Shown piece after piece: positions 43,044 through 57,440 of a DNA stretch of 64,000 nucleotides (its first letter is position 1; each line of letters begins with the position of its first letter). Source of the DNA: the human T2T-CHM13v2.0 reference genome, Homo sapiens. Where the stretch lies: the NCBI RefSeq assembly GCF_009914755.1, contig NC_060931.1. One strand, 5' to 3'. The notes beneath the pieces were generated by a model. That model did no database searches. It saw only the letters and a program-made list of their open reading frames with translations, and was not told the DNA's origin. The position numbers and the translations under genes are program-made.

Positions 43044-45090
43044 AGGAGCAGTCGCCCTCCTGCCAGCTCCTCACGGAGCTTCGAAACTTCACCAAAGGGA
43101 CCTGTTACCTGGACCAGGTAGAAGTGAGCTACTGCAGTGGGTACTGCCCATCCAGCACCCATGTCATGCCAGAGGTGAGCCAGGGACCTGCTGTCCAGGC
43201 CAGGGGAATCACGTTGGCCAGTGGCCACCGAGGGCTGCCCTGAGCCTGGGACCTGGGCAGAACCAGAGTCCATGAGGCACAAGGTGCTTCTGATGGAGAT
43301 AACAGTGGAGTTGGGGAGGCAGATGGTCAGAGCTTTCCCCAAGGCAGTGGTGTGCACCTGCAGGTTGGCCCAGAGGTTTCACTGGGTGCCTGACCCCCTC
43401 CCACAGAGGTCTTCTGTGGCCCCACACCATTCCCAGAGTGTGCCCGCTGTGCCCTTCAAGGCAATGAGCCAGGAGCCCAGCAAAGAAAGGCATGGAGGAG
43501 CTAAGCTAGCCTCTGACATCAGAACCCATCACACGGTGCATGAGAGCATGAGAGCTCTGCCGGAATGCACTTTCTACAGAGAGGATCACCGCACACATTT
43601 CCTGCAAGCTGTCCGAGCCAGGCTGGCTCTGAGTCTTGGGCAGGTGGCTCCGCTCTGCGTTTGCCCTCTGTGGACCCAGAAGCCCCTGATCCTTCTTAGG
43701 ATCTTCCAAGGGGCTCTGTGCCCACCCTGACTCCCCTCAGCCTGATGAGCTGTAACCTGAGCTGCCTCCTGCCAGGGTCCTCTCTCCAGCTTCACTCACA
43801 CTACTCCTGCCTGCCCCTAGGCCCACCTCCCAGCACTCTGCGGCCATCCCTTCTGCTTCAGCCTACCTGGTTTACCTCATCCTGGAAGACAAGGATACTT
43901 TCCTACCTGGTCCCCAAAGACACAGCCCCTCAACCCTCGGCCGCTCTACGGCTCCCCCAGGCGCGCCCTGGACCTCCTGGAAATACTTTCCCAAATCACT
44001 TTCGGAATTTTTTTTCACACTTTTAGAATTTTTAAAACATAGAGTGAGAAAAGAGAGAAAGTAATTAAGAGATGCTTTTTTTTTTTTCCTGAGGAAAGAA
44101 ATTGATAGTGGGATACAAATTGGAGGGAAATTTTTTCGCTGAAAAACCTCTTGCAGTTTTTGAACCTGGCATTGTATGAATGTACTACCCATTTAAAAGT
44201 AAAATTATAAATAGAATTATACATAAAATTAAATGATATGCTTATAGGACTCTGATATAGGTGCTTTAACCACAGTGCACAGGGATCTGCTTTGGAGTGA
44301 AAACTCACTTTGCACTTGGGATCAGAACTATGCAGTTAGAACTGACTTATTTGTAGTTTCATAGATTATAACTCTGTCTGTCCAACTAGACTCTAAGCCC
44401 CTTGCGGTAGAAGTATGTCCTTCCCCCTGCAGCCAGGAGGCACTGATGGGAACGTTAAAAGTATTCGTTTAACCTGTAGGTTGTTGGACATTCAGACAGT
44501 GGGGGTGAAGGAGGTGGGCTTCTTGCAAAAGGGGCTTGGCAGTGGCCCAGCCACCCTGCTCAGTGAAGAGGGTGGGATCTGGCCCTCCCACCATCCCACC
44601 CTGCCTAAGATGGGAAAGGCCAAGGGAGGGGAGGAAACTCCATTTGGCCCTAGTTCACCCGCTCCCTCTCGCCCAGGAGCCATACCTGCAGAGCCAGTGT
44701 GACTGCTGCAGCTACCGTCTAGACCCGGAGAGCCCTGTGCGGATCCTGAACCTGCGCTGTCTGGGTGGCCACACAGAGCCCGTGGTGCTGCCGGTCATCC
44801 ACAGCTGCCAGTGCAGCTCCTGCCAGGGTGGGTCTGGGCAGGGAGGGGACGGGGCAGGAGCCTGGGCAAGGACCCAGTGTTGTGAACCAGACCCAGGAAC
44901 ACACGTGTAGCTCCTCACTCCATCCTTCTTCCTTGAGTCCTTCCAGTCCACGTTTTTCCTTCTTCTCGGTGTTCTTGTTAATTTCATCTCCTATCATGCA
45001 TACTTGTGGGTGTCTGGGGTAGTTGCACCTAGTTCAAACCCCAGCTCATCTGTTTCCTTTGTTTCCTTGCTCAGCCTCCCTGACATCATC

Positions 45091-45420
45091 TTTTTTTTTT
45101 TTTTTTTTTGTGATGGGGTCTCACTCTGTCACCCAGGCTGGAGTGCAGTGGTGTGATCTCGGCTCACTGCAGCCTGGAACTCCTGGTCTCAGGTGATCCT
45201 TCCGCCTCAGCCTCCTGAGTAGCCGGGACCACAGGTCACAGGTGTGAGCCACCATGCCGGGCTAATTTTTCTTTTCCTTTTTTTTTTTTTTTTTTTTGTA
45301 GGGACGGGGTTTCTTCGCCATGTTGCCCAGGCTGTTCTTGAACTCCTGGGCTCGAGTGATCCACCTGCCTCAGCCTCCCAATGCGCTGGGGTTACAGGCA
45401 GGAACCACTGCACCCAGCCC
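45091..45420 (-). mobile_element. Alu (AluJ-like), antisense, in the last SSPOP intron
   Basis: Poly-T, gatggggtctcactctgtcacccagg, T-rich linker, left arm to cacccagcc. Confidence 0.92.
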
Positions 45421-45681
45421 CCTGACCTCATCTTTTAAGCAAGGCTGACATTGCTATGCAGGCTTGTTGGGTGGACTTGGTGAGGGCACGCGTGTGAAGT
45501 GGCTGGCAGGTGCCTAGTTCTGTTAAGCACCTGCCATATGATAACCTGAGGTCCCACTGTGTGGCAGATGAAGGGGAAACAGAGGTGGAAGGCACCCGTG
45601 CCACCTGGGTGGAGCACAGTGGAAGGCCTGGTGTTGGCTCTGGGCGTCCTCCTGGCACCAGCCTGACCACTCTGCCTCTCT

Positions 45682-45688
45682 TACTAAC
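45682..45688 (+). promoter_or_regulatory. Consensus branch point TACTAAC of the last SSPOP intron
   Basis: TACTAAC ending 26 nt upstream of the acceptor (ctag 45711-45714), followed by a pyrimidine tract. Confidence 0.7.
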
Positions 45689-45867
45689 CCATCTCTCCCT
45701 CACGTGTCCCCTAGGAGGTGACTTCTCAAAGCGCTAACAGGCTCCGCTGGGTGAGTCCACAGCTGTCCCTCTTGTGATCATGGGACTCAGCAGCACTGAC
45801 CACGTCCTTCCACGCTCTCTCACCTGCCCCCAACTGGGGGCCCATGACTTGGCATTAGCATGTTCCA

Positions 45868-45873
45868 AATAAA
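45868..45873 (+). terminator. SSPOP polyadenylation signal
   Basis: AATAAA ~130 nt downstream of the TAA stop. Confidence 0.8.
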
Positions 45874-47239
45874 GTGATACTGGCAACAAATCCCTGTGCA
45901 GCGTCTCCATCCTGGGGCTCGAGGGAAGAGGGAGGGAGGGCCTGAGTCCTGGCCTGGACCCATGTGAGGACTTTGTCTCCTGGAGACCTCTGCGCATCTA
46001 CTATGGACTCAAGATGGCATTCCCCATGACTGGTGAACCTGGACAAATCATTCCCATATCTGAGCCTCAGTTCCATCTGTAGCTGGACAGGGTTGAATGG
46101 AGCCTGAAGACCTCCTGTTATTAGACACCGCTGTGTCCCAGGTCATATTCCTCCACCCAATATGATTTCAGCTGCAGCTGTGGAGGACAGTCCGCTACAT
46201 GTGGGCTGATGTCTGCTTCTCCCTCTCCTTTTTATAACCTCGTTTTTTACAACACTACTCTGCCCACCTCCCAATTGCTTTCCTTGTTTTATTCACCCCA
46301 AAGTCCTATCCTACCCTGTGAAGCCAGAGATAGCTAGCTAGAAGCACACTATTGAGCTAAGTACTGGGGACAAAAATTAAAAGAGGCCCACTGTGCTGCA
46401 AAAGACTAGCTCATCCTGTTCCATGTCTCCATGGTCTCCATTCCTCCTCAGGAGACCAAGCCTCCCCGTTTGTCCCTCAACATCACCACCTCTCATGCCA
46501 TCCTCTTGTAAATCCCACAGTCTCACCTGATCCCCCACACCGCCTCTCCCTCCCAGATACCCACTGGGGCCTCTGAGACTCCACATCTGTCTTCCGTAGA
46601 CTCTGCTCCATCGTCCCCATCTCCAAAGGCTTCTTCCACCTTCATGTCATGACTGACACTAGCTCGCCCATGCCTTGAAGGCTTCACTTCACCTGGAAGC
46701 TGAGACGTCATCCCACCTCCAGGCCAGGAAAAGAGATACTTGTCTTCTGTGACGTTCATGTTTATTGTTTCTGTTGGGCCAGTTCTCCCTGTTCCTCCTG
46801 CAAAGAGCCGTCTTCCCGGGTTGTCTGAGCCACTCTGTAGTGACACCACCCTCCCTGACTCCCACCTGCCACCCTGGTCACTCCCTATCATCCACAGAAG
46901 AATTTAACTCATGGCCCAGCATTGCTTTCCACCCATTTTCAGTGTCCATGTGGATACTCCACTCAAAATTCTGGCCTCACATTCTTTGCCTGCTCACTTA
47001 CAATGACCTTCTTCACTCTGTCTTGGGAATCCACTCCCACGACTAGACCATTTTCAAAACCTCGCAAATATTTACTTACCAATCATGACTTCCCATCCCT
47101 CCAGCTGACTTGCTCTAATACTCCACTGCTATAATTTATGGCTGCTTTTGTGATTTCAATTTCATTGACCCACCACTTTCTCACTTTTTTATTAGTTTCC
47201 TATCTTCCCTCGTGACACAGCTTAGATTCATGGTCTATA

Positions 47240-47724
47240 TAGTGATTCTCAACACCAACTGCACGTGAGAAGCACATGACATGAGGAGCTCTTAAAAAAT
47301 ATCAATGCCAGCTGGGCATGGTGGCTCATGCCTATAATCCCAGCACTTTGGGAGGCGGGTTGATCACTTGAGCCTGGAAGTTTGAGATCAGCCTGGGCAA
47401 CATAGTGAGAACCCATCTCTACAAAAAGTAAAAAAACAGCTAGCCAGGCGTGATGGCACACTCCTGTAGTCCTAGCTACTCGGAAGGGTGAGGTGGGAGG
47501 ATACCTTAAGCCCAGGAGGTCAAGACTGCAGTCAGCCAAGATCACGCAACTGCCCTCCAGTCTGGGTGACAGAGTGAGACCCTGTCTCTTAAAAAACAAA
47601 AACAAACAAAAAAATTAAACAAATTAAAAAAATCAGTGCCCATGCCCCATCCTAGGCCTATTAAATCAGGATGTTTGAAAGGTCCATGGGTGATTCCAAT
47701 GTGCAGCTGGAATTGAGAATCACT
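47240..47724 (+). mobile_element. MER5-family DNA element interrupted by an Alu
   Basis: agtgattctcaa.. at 47241 and ..gggtgattccaatgtgcagc..ttgagaatcact at ~47724 form terminal inverted repeats flanking the Alu. Confidence 0.6.
47310..47625 (+). mobile_element. Alu (AluJ-like), sense
   Basis: gctgggcatggtggctcatgcctataatccc..gtgagaccctgtctc plus A tail; degenerate TSD aaatatcaatgcc / aaaatcagtgcc. Confidence 0.92.
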
Positions 47725-48116
47725 TTCCTACCATCATAATTACTCCTGCAAGTACTGTTCATTCCCTTGCTTTTCTGTGCCTCCTTCATACCTACCTGGC
47801 AATACTCCAAGCCAGGATGAAGCCAAATATCTACCCAACTTTCTGCTTCTAAACAGAATTTCGCAGCCAGGCTTTTTTTAAACTGAAATTTGTGATCATA
47901 AACTTCAAATTGGCCTTTAATTCAAGGTTTGAGGTAAGCTCTATTTCCCATTCTCCAAGATGACTTGGTATACCTTCTATTCCCCACTTCATTTTCATGA
48001 GATGATCTTGTCTCAAAGAGACATCATCGGATGGAAATTCCCTCAGTAAATCTACAAACAAATGTACATCTACTCCATCTTCTTCTTCCCTCCTGGCATA
48101 ACCAAAAGTGTTGCTA

Positions 48117-48560
<444 letters not shown>

Positions 48561-49020
48561 TCATATCTTAGTCCTACTGCTTTGATTCCCCATTTCCCCC
48601 TAGATACTGCTCCATTTTTCTTGGAAAGATGGAAAACCTTTTATGGAAAAATGTGTCAAAAGAATGATTTACCCTAGCTGTCCTCCAGTTTTTTAACCCC
48701 CAAAAGAGAATCTGTTATAAAGACATGGATAACTCATGGGCAGAAATATAGCTCTTCAAGGTAGTGATATAGTCGAGGTGGTGAGTGGCAGGCCACTTGG
48801 AATCCACAGAGTCCTCACTCTCTGCCTTCTCCTCCACATTTCTTGTGTCTCATTCTTTTTTTCAGTAATGCAGACTCCCCTACACTCCTCGAACGGAATT
48901 TAGGTCTATTCAACCTTGGCCAGAAGAGCAGAGCTGGATAATGGAAAACGCTTACTTGAAGCCTGTGTAACATGGTGAAACCCTGTCTCTACTAAAAATA
49001 CAAAAAAATTAGTTGACCAT

Positions 49021-49680
49021 TGTCTTAATCTCTGTGTGCTTCTGTAACAAAATCCCTGGAACTAGGTAATTTATAAATTATGGATACTTATTTCTTATGA
49101 TTCTGGAGGCTGGGAAATCCAAGATCAAAGCACCAGCAGTGTCTGTGTCTGGTGAGAGCCTGGTCTCTGCTTCCAGGAGGGCACCTTGTTGCTCTGTCCT
49201 CACATGGCAGAAGGCAGAGGGGCAGAAGGGCAAAGGGCCTAGCTAGTTCCCCCAGCACGCATGTGGTCACTAACACCTTCATGAAGGCACATCCCTGCCC
49301 TGGCCCCCTAAAAGTCTTTTTTTTTTTTGAGACATGGTCTTGCTCTGTCACCCAGGCTGGAGTGCAGAAGCGCCATCCCGGCTTACTGCAGCCTCGACCA
49401 CCCAGGCTCAAGTGATCCTTCCACCTCACAAAATTATTTTATTTTTATAGAGATGGGATCTCTCACTGTGTTGCACAGGCTGGTCTCAAACTACTGGGCT
49501 CAAGTGATCCTCCTGTCTCAGCCTCCCAAAGAGTTGGGATTAGAGGTGTGAGCCACCGCACTTGGACAAAACTTCTTATAAGGACACTAATCCCACCATA
49601 AGGGCCTGACCCTCACGACTTCATCTAAACCTCCCAAACGCCCCATCTCCTGGGAGGGGAACACCGGTCAGTCCATTGCA
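49021..49680 (-). mobile_element. MaLR LTR (MLT1A-like) interrupted by an antisense Alu
   Basis: tgtctta..ttctggaggctgggaaatccaagatcaa..gtcctcacatggcagaagg..[Alu]..cttataaggacactaatccc..cctcccaaa matches the reverse complement of recalled MLT1A. Confidence 0.75.
49316..49566 (-). mobile_element. Alu (AluJ-like, shortened), antisense
   Basis: Poly-T, gagacatggtcttgctctgtcacccagg..gtgagccaccgcacttgg. Confidence 0.88.
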
Positions 49681-50049
49681 CCTCCTTTACCTGGCAGACC
49701 CTACCTCTTGCTTTAATTCTGCTGAGGCATCACTTCCGCAGGAAATCCTTGACTAAGCACCTCATATCCCCCACCGCTTCACTCTAAGGTGACAACGCGG
49801 GCTTTAATTCATGTTTTGTGCTTACCTCTTTCATAGCCCTTGTCTCTGTTTTGTAATTATCTGTTTCTGGTCTGATTCCCTAATAGATCGTGAGTTCCTT
49901 GAAGGCAAGGCCTTTGTCTCATTCAACTGTGTTCTCCCAAACCCTAGAACACGGCCTGACCCATGGTAGGCAACCAATGATACTTTTTGAGTGAATAGAA
50001 CAAAAAGTATTGCCCTCCTTAATAAAAGAAAACCTAGAACTTCAAGGCT

Positions 50050-50850
50050 GACATTGGCCTTCGCGTAGCCCAATCAGAGCGCTTTGCCCTTGCTGCAGAG
50101 GACTAAAGGACGCCACGCCGCCGTTGCCTAGTAACTGTCGCCGGAGGGAGGCGGGGAGGGTCGCAAGCGCGCCGCCGGCGTCCAATCAGGACCTGCGTTC
50201 CGGGAGCCAATAGCAGCTTCGAGAGCCGCTCACCTAGAGCGGACTACACTTCCCGTCACGCCCCGCCGCCTGGGGCTGGGCAGTGACCGTAAAGCTGTTC
50301 GCTCGGTGCGACGCAAGTCTCAGCTCAGCGCGCTTATCCTGGGTCCACCGGCGCTACCGCCCCCCGACGTGAGAGAGCGAAGTTCTTGGGCCGCGCTCCC
50401 TCCCTACCTGGGTGCCCTCCCCCTCCGGGAGCCTGGGTCCCCGGGGCGGTCGCGGCGGCTGCATCCTCAGGCCAGGCCGCGGGGGGAGGGGGCGGCACGG
50501 GCCTCCGAAAGCGGGGCCATGGAGCCCAGAGAGTCGGGGAAGGTAGGACTGGAAGGCCCGGGGGCCGCCCGCTCCCTCCCGAGGATCCCCGAGCCGGGCT
50601 CGGGCGAGGCGGGGCGGCTCGGGCGGAGGCCCCGCAGATGAGCCAGGCTTGCAGGGAAGGACTCGCCGGCCCGCCCTCTCTTCCCGCACTTCGGCGCCCG
50701 ACCCCGGGAGGGTGGCGGAGAGGAGCGGACGCTTCCGTTCGGTGTCCGCGCATCCTCCCCGAGCTGCCGAGCGTCCGCTGGGTCGATGCTGGGTTGGGTG
50801 ACCCCCGAGTGGAGCGATGCGAAGGTGCTTCCTGTTTTCCCCACCACCTT
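50050..50850 (+). promoter_or_regulatory. ZNF862 CpG-island promoter
   Basis: CpG-dense, with no TATA box seen; several CCAAT boxes (~50070, ~50182, ~50207), RFX X-box GTTGCCTAGTAAC 50123-50135, ACTACA/ZNF143-type motif GACTACACTTCCC 50242-50254, GC boxes. Confidence 0.85.
50519..50542 (+). CDS. ZNF862: ZNF862 coding exon 1 (MEPRESGK)
   Basis: Strong Kozak gccATGG at 50519; donor AAG|gtagg; phase 0 joins exon 2. Confidence 0.88.
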
Positions 50851-51917
50851 CGGCGTTTTGAAGAGGCCCTGCTAAGGCTTGGAGTCTGGATCGGACGCCA
50901 GTGGGAGCTGCAGGGTGGGACGCTTGAGGGCTTGACCCTGCCTAGATCCTCCTTACCAAGAAAGGGCTGAAAAGAGAGGGCATCTGGCATGCTTTTTGCC
51001 ACTTCTGTTTCTAGGTTATGTACTTCATGGAGTATCTGGGCATTGCTTAGAAACCTGTGTCATAAATTGGCTTTGGGCAAGAGGCTTTGAGTTGGAAGAA
51101 AAGGTGGAAAGAAAGTGCTTGGGGGCGGAGTTCAGGGATTTGACGGGATTGCCAGCGCTTCCAGGCCGTGTCATCCAAGACCAGTGTGGTTGTGGGCACA
51201 TTAGCTTGGAGACAGTGGCAGCCTCTTGGGACTAACATCTTTCTGGATGTTGTTTGCTGCCAGTTCTTGAGTATTGTTTCTTATTTGGCACAGAGGAGAA
51301 TTCTCTCAACAAACGTTTTCAACTGTTTATTGAGTCCCTTAAAAAACTGTCCATTTAATAAACATTTGTGATCTGTGATTTGCATTGAACGAGATGCTGG
51401 AAGTATGAGGATAAATAGGAAATGATCACCTTTCTCAAGGAGCTCTCCTGCAGTTTTCACTTCAATAACTTGGACACGCCTGAAAGGGTTGTCCCACACG
51501 AAAAGAGAGAAAAGGATAATGAGGTTCTTTTGATGCTGTAGTTTTTCCTGGGAAGACTAGGAAGGACTCTGAATTTCAAAAGAGGTGATTTCTCGCATGA
51601 GCATCTCTTCCATCCTCCCTCCCTCCACAAGCTACAGTGATGCATGTAGCAGACACGGCACCTACAGAGTACATGGTCCAAGCCAATAAAGCTCAACAAA
51701 ACCCAAGCAAAGATGGAGCTTATGGCCCTTACCCTTTGGAAATATCCCCAGATTGGTTTAGATTGAACCTGAATTTGAATAAAGAGAAGCAAAATGTAGG
51801 GGGAAGAAGGATTATAAAATATTGGGATTGATATTGGTATCAGTGATTTGAAGTTGATTTCCAAGCTATTCTGTTCAGTCAGAGGCTTTCTTAGCCTTTA
51901 ACGGGAGAAGAGAAATA

Positions 51918-52088
51918 CGGTCATGCGCTGTATAACAAGGTTTCCATCAACACCGCTCTCACGTACAATCCCCTGAGACTACAGTGGGGCTGAGAAATTC
52001 CTATCACCTGGTGACATCTTCATGATCCTGACCCTGTGTAGGCTTAGGCTAATGTGTGTGTTTGTGTCTTAGGTTTTAAGAAAGCTTA

Positions 52089-52125
<37 letters not shown>

Positions 52126-52821
52126 AAAAATACAAAACCTCATAGAATTAGAATATAAAGAAAAATACTTTTTGTTGATGGAATGGTTTGCTGGAAAATA
52201 AAAATACAAAAATATTTAAAGAAAAATATTGTACAGATGTACAATGTGTGTTAAGCTAAGTGTTATTACAAAAGAGTCAAAAGTTTAAAAAATTAAGTTT
52301 ATAAAGTAAAACAGTTACAATAAGCTAGGGTTAATTTATTATTGAAGAAAGAAAAATTTTTGATAAATTCGGCGTAGCCTTAGTGTGCAGTGTTTATAAA
52401 GTCTACAGAAGTGTTCAGTCATGTCCTAGGCCTTCACATTCTCTCACCACTCACTCACTCACTCACTCACTCACCCAGAGCAACTTCCAGTCCTGCAAGC
52501 TCCATTCATGGTAAGTGCCCAATACAGATGGACCTTTTTTTTTTTTTTGTCTTTTCTACCATATTCTTACTGTACCTTTTCTATGTTTAGATACGCAAAT
52601 ACTTACCATGTGTTACAGTGGCCTACAGTTTTCAGTACAGTAACATACTGTGTAGGATTGTAGCCTAGGGGGCAAAAGGCTATATACCATATAGCCTAGA
52701 TATGTAGTAGGCTGTACCATGTAGTTTTGTATAAGTACACTCTGTGATGTTCCACAATGACAGAACTGCCTAAGGACACATTTCCTAGAACTTATCCCTG
52801 TTGTTAAGCAACACATGACTG
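51918..52821 (+). mobile_element. Tigger3/Golem-family (TcMar) non-autonomous DNA transposon
   Basis: TIRs cggtcatgcgctgtataac / gttaagcaacacatgactg flanked by TA on both sides (51916-51917, 52822-52823). Confidence 0.8.
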
Positions 52822-55800
52822 TACAAACATTTTGGGAGGTAGAGGAGAAACCTGATTCCGTGTCCTGTCCAACCACTAAGTGAAACCTCAGAGACTGGAA
52901 ATTTCACCCTTGATTATAATCTTGATTTTAGGGTATCTCAGAAAGGTGCTCACCCTTCCCAAATATAGTTGTTTTCTAATATGGGAAATGAGAACTTCAT
53001 ACAAGAATGAAATAAAGTAATTACAAAACCAACTGTCAGTGTAAGATGTGTTGCAAATGAGTGACAAGGAATAGCGGTGCTGTTCTACAACTCCACTCCG
53101 AACAGCATTCTTATGGCTCAGAACTGGGAGACTACCTCGTGAGATAGTGGTTTGGTCTATTACTAGACTCTTCCTTGGGTGCTGTTTTGTGGTCTTTATT
53201 AACTGACAGCCATCTTGGGCCATTGGATTGATATCCCACATTGAATGTAGGACATCTTGCCTGTCATTGACAGAATAATGGATAAGGGTCAGACTTTTCC
53301 CCATCATGTTCTATCCCATGATCCTGTTTTATTTTCTTCCTAACCCTTATCACTAAATAAAATTCTTATGTTCATTTATTTATTTACGTATTTGTTGACT
53401 TGACTCTTACATCCCCAGCTAGAACAGTGGAGCAGTTCCTGGCATTTAATAGGGTCTCAGGAAGGAATGCTCATAAAATAGCATCACTACAGGAGCCCTT
53501 TTGCTGCAAGGTGTGGGTGCTCTGAAGAACACTGCAGCCCGCCACCTCATGTGCCTCCTAGGAGACTGTGCTGTTGGTGCCCCGAAAGAGAAGTCTATAT
53601 GTGTACTTGTTGCTGTATGTATTTGTTGCCTCAACGTTTCTGTTTCTTGGCCCTCTCTATCTTTCCTGTACAAGTGACTGATACTCCTTTCTCATTTTTT
53701 TCTGAACATGGTTCTATTATTGCACTTATATCTTAGTTGTCTGCCACCTCCTGATAGATTTTAATCTCATATCTTTGAATTACCATGCATCAAGCACATA
53801 GAAACACTTAAGTAATAAATGTGTGTTGAATGAAAAAATGAATTAAATGCCTATAAAATACTTTCCATATAGCATGGTTGTGGGGAGAAGGGTGGTGGTG
53901 ATGAAGGAAGTTATAAAATCAAGCAGCATAGATTTCCTTAACACTGGACTCTAGGGGGGATATAAAGCCTTCCTTGCTCAGGAGAAGGATAAATGCTTGG
54001 GCCAGGTGGTTAGGAAATCCTTCCTGAAAGAGAACGTGAATCGCGACTTTATGGGTGGGTAGATTCTAAGTTGGTGGGAGGAAGTGTGCAGTCAGGATCT
54101 AAAGACTGGGAATGTAGAGAGAGGAAAGGTGCGAGATAGGCTGGGTGATTAAAATGATATGAATCTGGCTGGAGGAGACATTCCAAGCGAGGCAATGCAC
54201 AGAGCTAAAGTTAGAAAGTGGGTTAGATTCAGACTGAGGGGACTTTGGTGCTAGACTGAGAAGTCAGACAGCTTTACCTTGTAGAGAGTGACTGGGAACC
54301 GCTAAAATAGAACATCGAGAGAGATTCTTTGCATTACACATAGGTGAGGAGCTCCTCTTATTCACGCAGATTTGTGTTTTCTTTACATTGCAGTCACCTG
54401 GAATCAGAAGGCTCTTGCTATAATATTGCTTAAGAGAGATACCAGGTGTTAGTGTTATCACTCTTGTTAGGAAGACACTATTATCCAAATGGACAGTCCT
54501 AGCCATGTTCCTCCTCAGGTGGAGCTAACGTGATGGGCTCCTTGGCCCTTATGCTCACCTGTGCATGCCCGGGAAGGATGGGCATGAAGAGGGATCCTGG
54601 CTGTCCTGAATCACAAGTGTTTTAACCTGCCCCAATCTGGACAGGCTGCCCTCCCGTCCTGGGATACAGCAGTCATCCTGAATCTGCCTTCAGCCTAATC
54701 TTGGGGTTGTCTTCAATGCTTCCCCACGTTGGCTGTCCCTAGGTTGTATCTCATGGTGACTCCTGTTTGACCACTTTCTTTGAGTGGAGCTTGTCTTCCA
54801 ATCGGTTTTTGGAAATATTTCATTTTGCTTTGGAAGCCACTCGAGCAAACAGTTATTTAAATGTACACATTTGGCAGTACAATTCCATTTTTGTTTTTAA
54901 AACTGTTCATACATATTCATAGACTAAAGACTGGGAGGTTATATACCAAATGTTAACAGATTCTCAGGAAAGAAGGGTAATGAAAAGTAATTATTTTTCA
55001 ATAAAGGGAATGTAGGTGATCTTAATACATTTTTTTCTGCTTATTTCTATTGTCCAAATTTTCTGCAGTCAACATGAGAAAAATCTATTATAATAGTGAC
55101 CGGTAAGAATGATTGATATCATTTTCCTCAAGAAATGTCTACTGTTGAGGTTAAAATCGATATTCCACCTATTTTAAATGGCATGCTGTTATTTCCCAAT
55201 GTTATTTTTCTTTGGAGTGAGAAGTTTGTTTTTTGTTGATAATTTGATTTATTTCTTTTTAAAATTTCTTTAACTAGGTAATGTTTTCATGGCACAAAAC
55301 TTAAAATGATAAACATTTCTACTTCTTTTTCTGTTGATTTCTTTTATAACACTTTGTTGCGTGGCTGTGGTACCTTAAACCTCTTTGATGGTGTAGCTTG
55401 ATGATAGTTTTTTTTAAGTTTTTTTCTCCATGCCTTCCCTCCATTTTCTTAGCAACCTGCCCCCCAAACCCCAACACCTCCCATCTATTTTGGTCTCTAT
55501 AGTCCCTGTTAGATCCTTTCCCCGAGTGTCTGGTAGTCCAGTCTGCTGACATTTAGTGGTGGAAGACCGAAAATGTAATAGCTCTGTGCTTGTGCGAGGG
55601 AGGACGGGCTTATCAGCTGGAGCCTCATGTAAAGGAACCTGGGGAGGCATTTGTTGGGGCACAGCCCTCCCCTAGTTCTTGTTCCATTGGGCTGCCTGCC
55701 CGCCCTCCCGTGCTGGAGGTTTCCGGTGCTGGAAGATGCCAAGCCTTTGAGGATGCAGAGTGTACCTTGGGTGGTTCTCCGCTTTGCCCGCTGCCGGGTG

Positions 55801-56506
55801 AGGGTTTGATTTTCTTGGATCTGCTGAAGTGACTGCTTTTGCATCTGCTTCTTGGTTTTCAAGAGTGTATTGCTGTCATCTCCTTGTTGCGCCCCCTATT
55901 ATAGTGGGGGTTTTGTTTTGGGGAGGGGGTCTTTTAAATTCACGGGGAATAAACAAAATTAAATGGGCTTGTTTAATCTGCCATCTTAATCTGGAACTCC
56001 TCCAAACACTTTCTGAACTCCCTACCCCTCAGAGCCCCTTTACAAGCCACACGGGATGTAGATCTCAGCCCCAAAGCATTGCCTGTTTTCATCATCGACT
56101 TCATTCACAGACATAGTTCTAAATGACTTTCAGCTATTTCTAGAAATTAGACACATCTTCCTAAGCGAAGGTTTACCATGTTTAAGGTTCCATGAAAGAA
56201 TGTGCCCTAAGTTGTTGCCCAGCCCCTGGCTGAGAAGAAACGGGCGTGTGGGAGGCGGGTGAAGAGCACACAGGGAGGGGACGGAGAAGCTCCTGAGCCA
56301 GCCTCCTTCATGGCTCAGTTTCATTTCAGTGCGTGGCACTTCCCAGAAGAAACGAGTCTCGTTGTCACTGTGATCTGTACCCAGGTGGGGAGAGATGGGG
56401 TGTGGGCCATGCATGTAAATTGACAACACCCCTCCCCGTGTAGGGTGCCCTCAGGTGGTCAGGAACACTTTTGGAAGATAAATCTAAGGAAGAGAGTGGT
56501 ACTTAG

Positions 56507-56791
<285 letters not shown>

Positions 56792-57440
56792 TAATTGCAT
56801 GCAAATTCACACATCACCCTTTCTCTTCTCCCCTTAAAATGGTCAAGAGAAGTGGGGCAATCTGGCAGGCCTGGGCTAGACTCCTGGGTCTGTCTCCTGG
56901 TGCCTCAGAATGCCCCAAGGGGCCGGGAGGGAAACTCGGAAACTAGGCCTGTGGATCTGTGGAGCCCGTAGGACACTGGAGGTAGGAAGCAGTGGTGGCA
57001 AGAGCATCACATTTGTGATGTGGAAATCTGGTCTCAATCCCAGCTCTCCACTGGATACTTGAATGCCCTTGGCCTTTTTAAGCCTGAATTTCCATCGTCT
57101 TAGAGATGAGTGAGATAAAACAGTTTAAGAGTTTGCACAAGTGTAGGTATTTTCATCTCATCTATTTTTGAATGCTCTTTCCTTTGATTCTTTGGGTAGA
57201 CTTTCTGTGCGAAGGACAGAGGTGGTTGGTTGTATTTCAACATGTGTGTACACATATGCACTGTTTGCTGATTGCAAGTTGATGACTGTCTACCATGCCT
57301 GTCTTTTCTTATTTCATCTTGGCCCCTGTGTAAGGCACGGTAGAAGCAACAATCAGCATTTTATGGGTGGAAGGATTGCAGCTGGGGTGAGTCTTCCTGT
57401 GCCGGCTAAAAGAGTTTGAAAACCACTGATTCTTCCAAAC

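Larger units (their letters stand above)
43044..45737 (+). pseudogene. SSPOP: SSPOP terminal exons encoding the C-terminal cystine knot (CTCK)
   Basis: Exons 43044-43174 ([13 protein letters not shown]), 44677-44827 (QCDCC..LRC..SCQCSSC) and 45715-45737 (GGDFSKR*); mucin/VWF-type CK cysteine spacing. Confidence 0.9.

Noticed and set aside
41042-43275. Long ORFs of 733, 611, 307 and 337 aa as an independent extensin-like gene
   Set aside because: They arise from a stop-poor C-rich VNTR open in all + frames and start at non-ATG codons; only the 43044-43174 part is a real exon.
50334-51002. Antisense ORFs in the ZNF862 CpG island as a head-to-head gene
   Set aside because: GC-rich low-complexity translations without domain or splice support.
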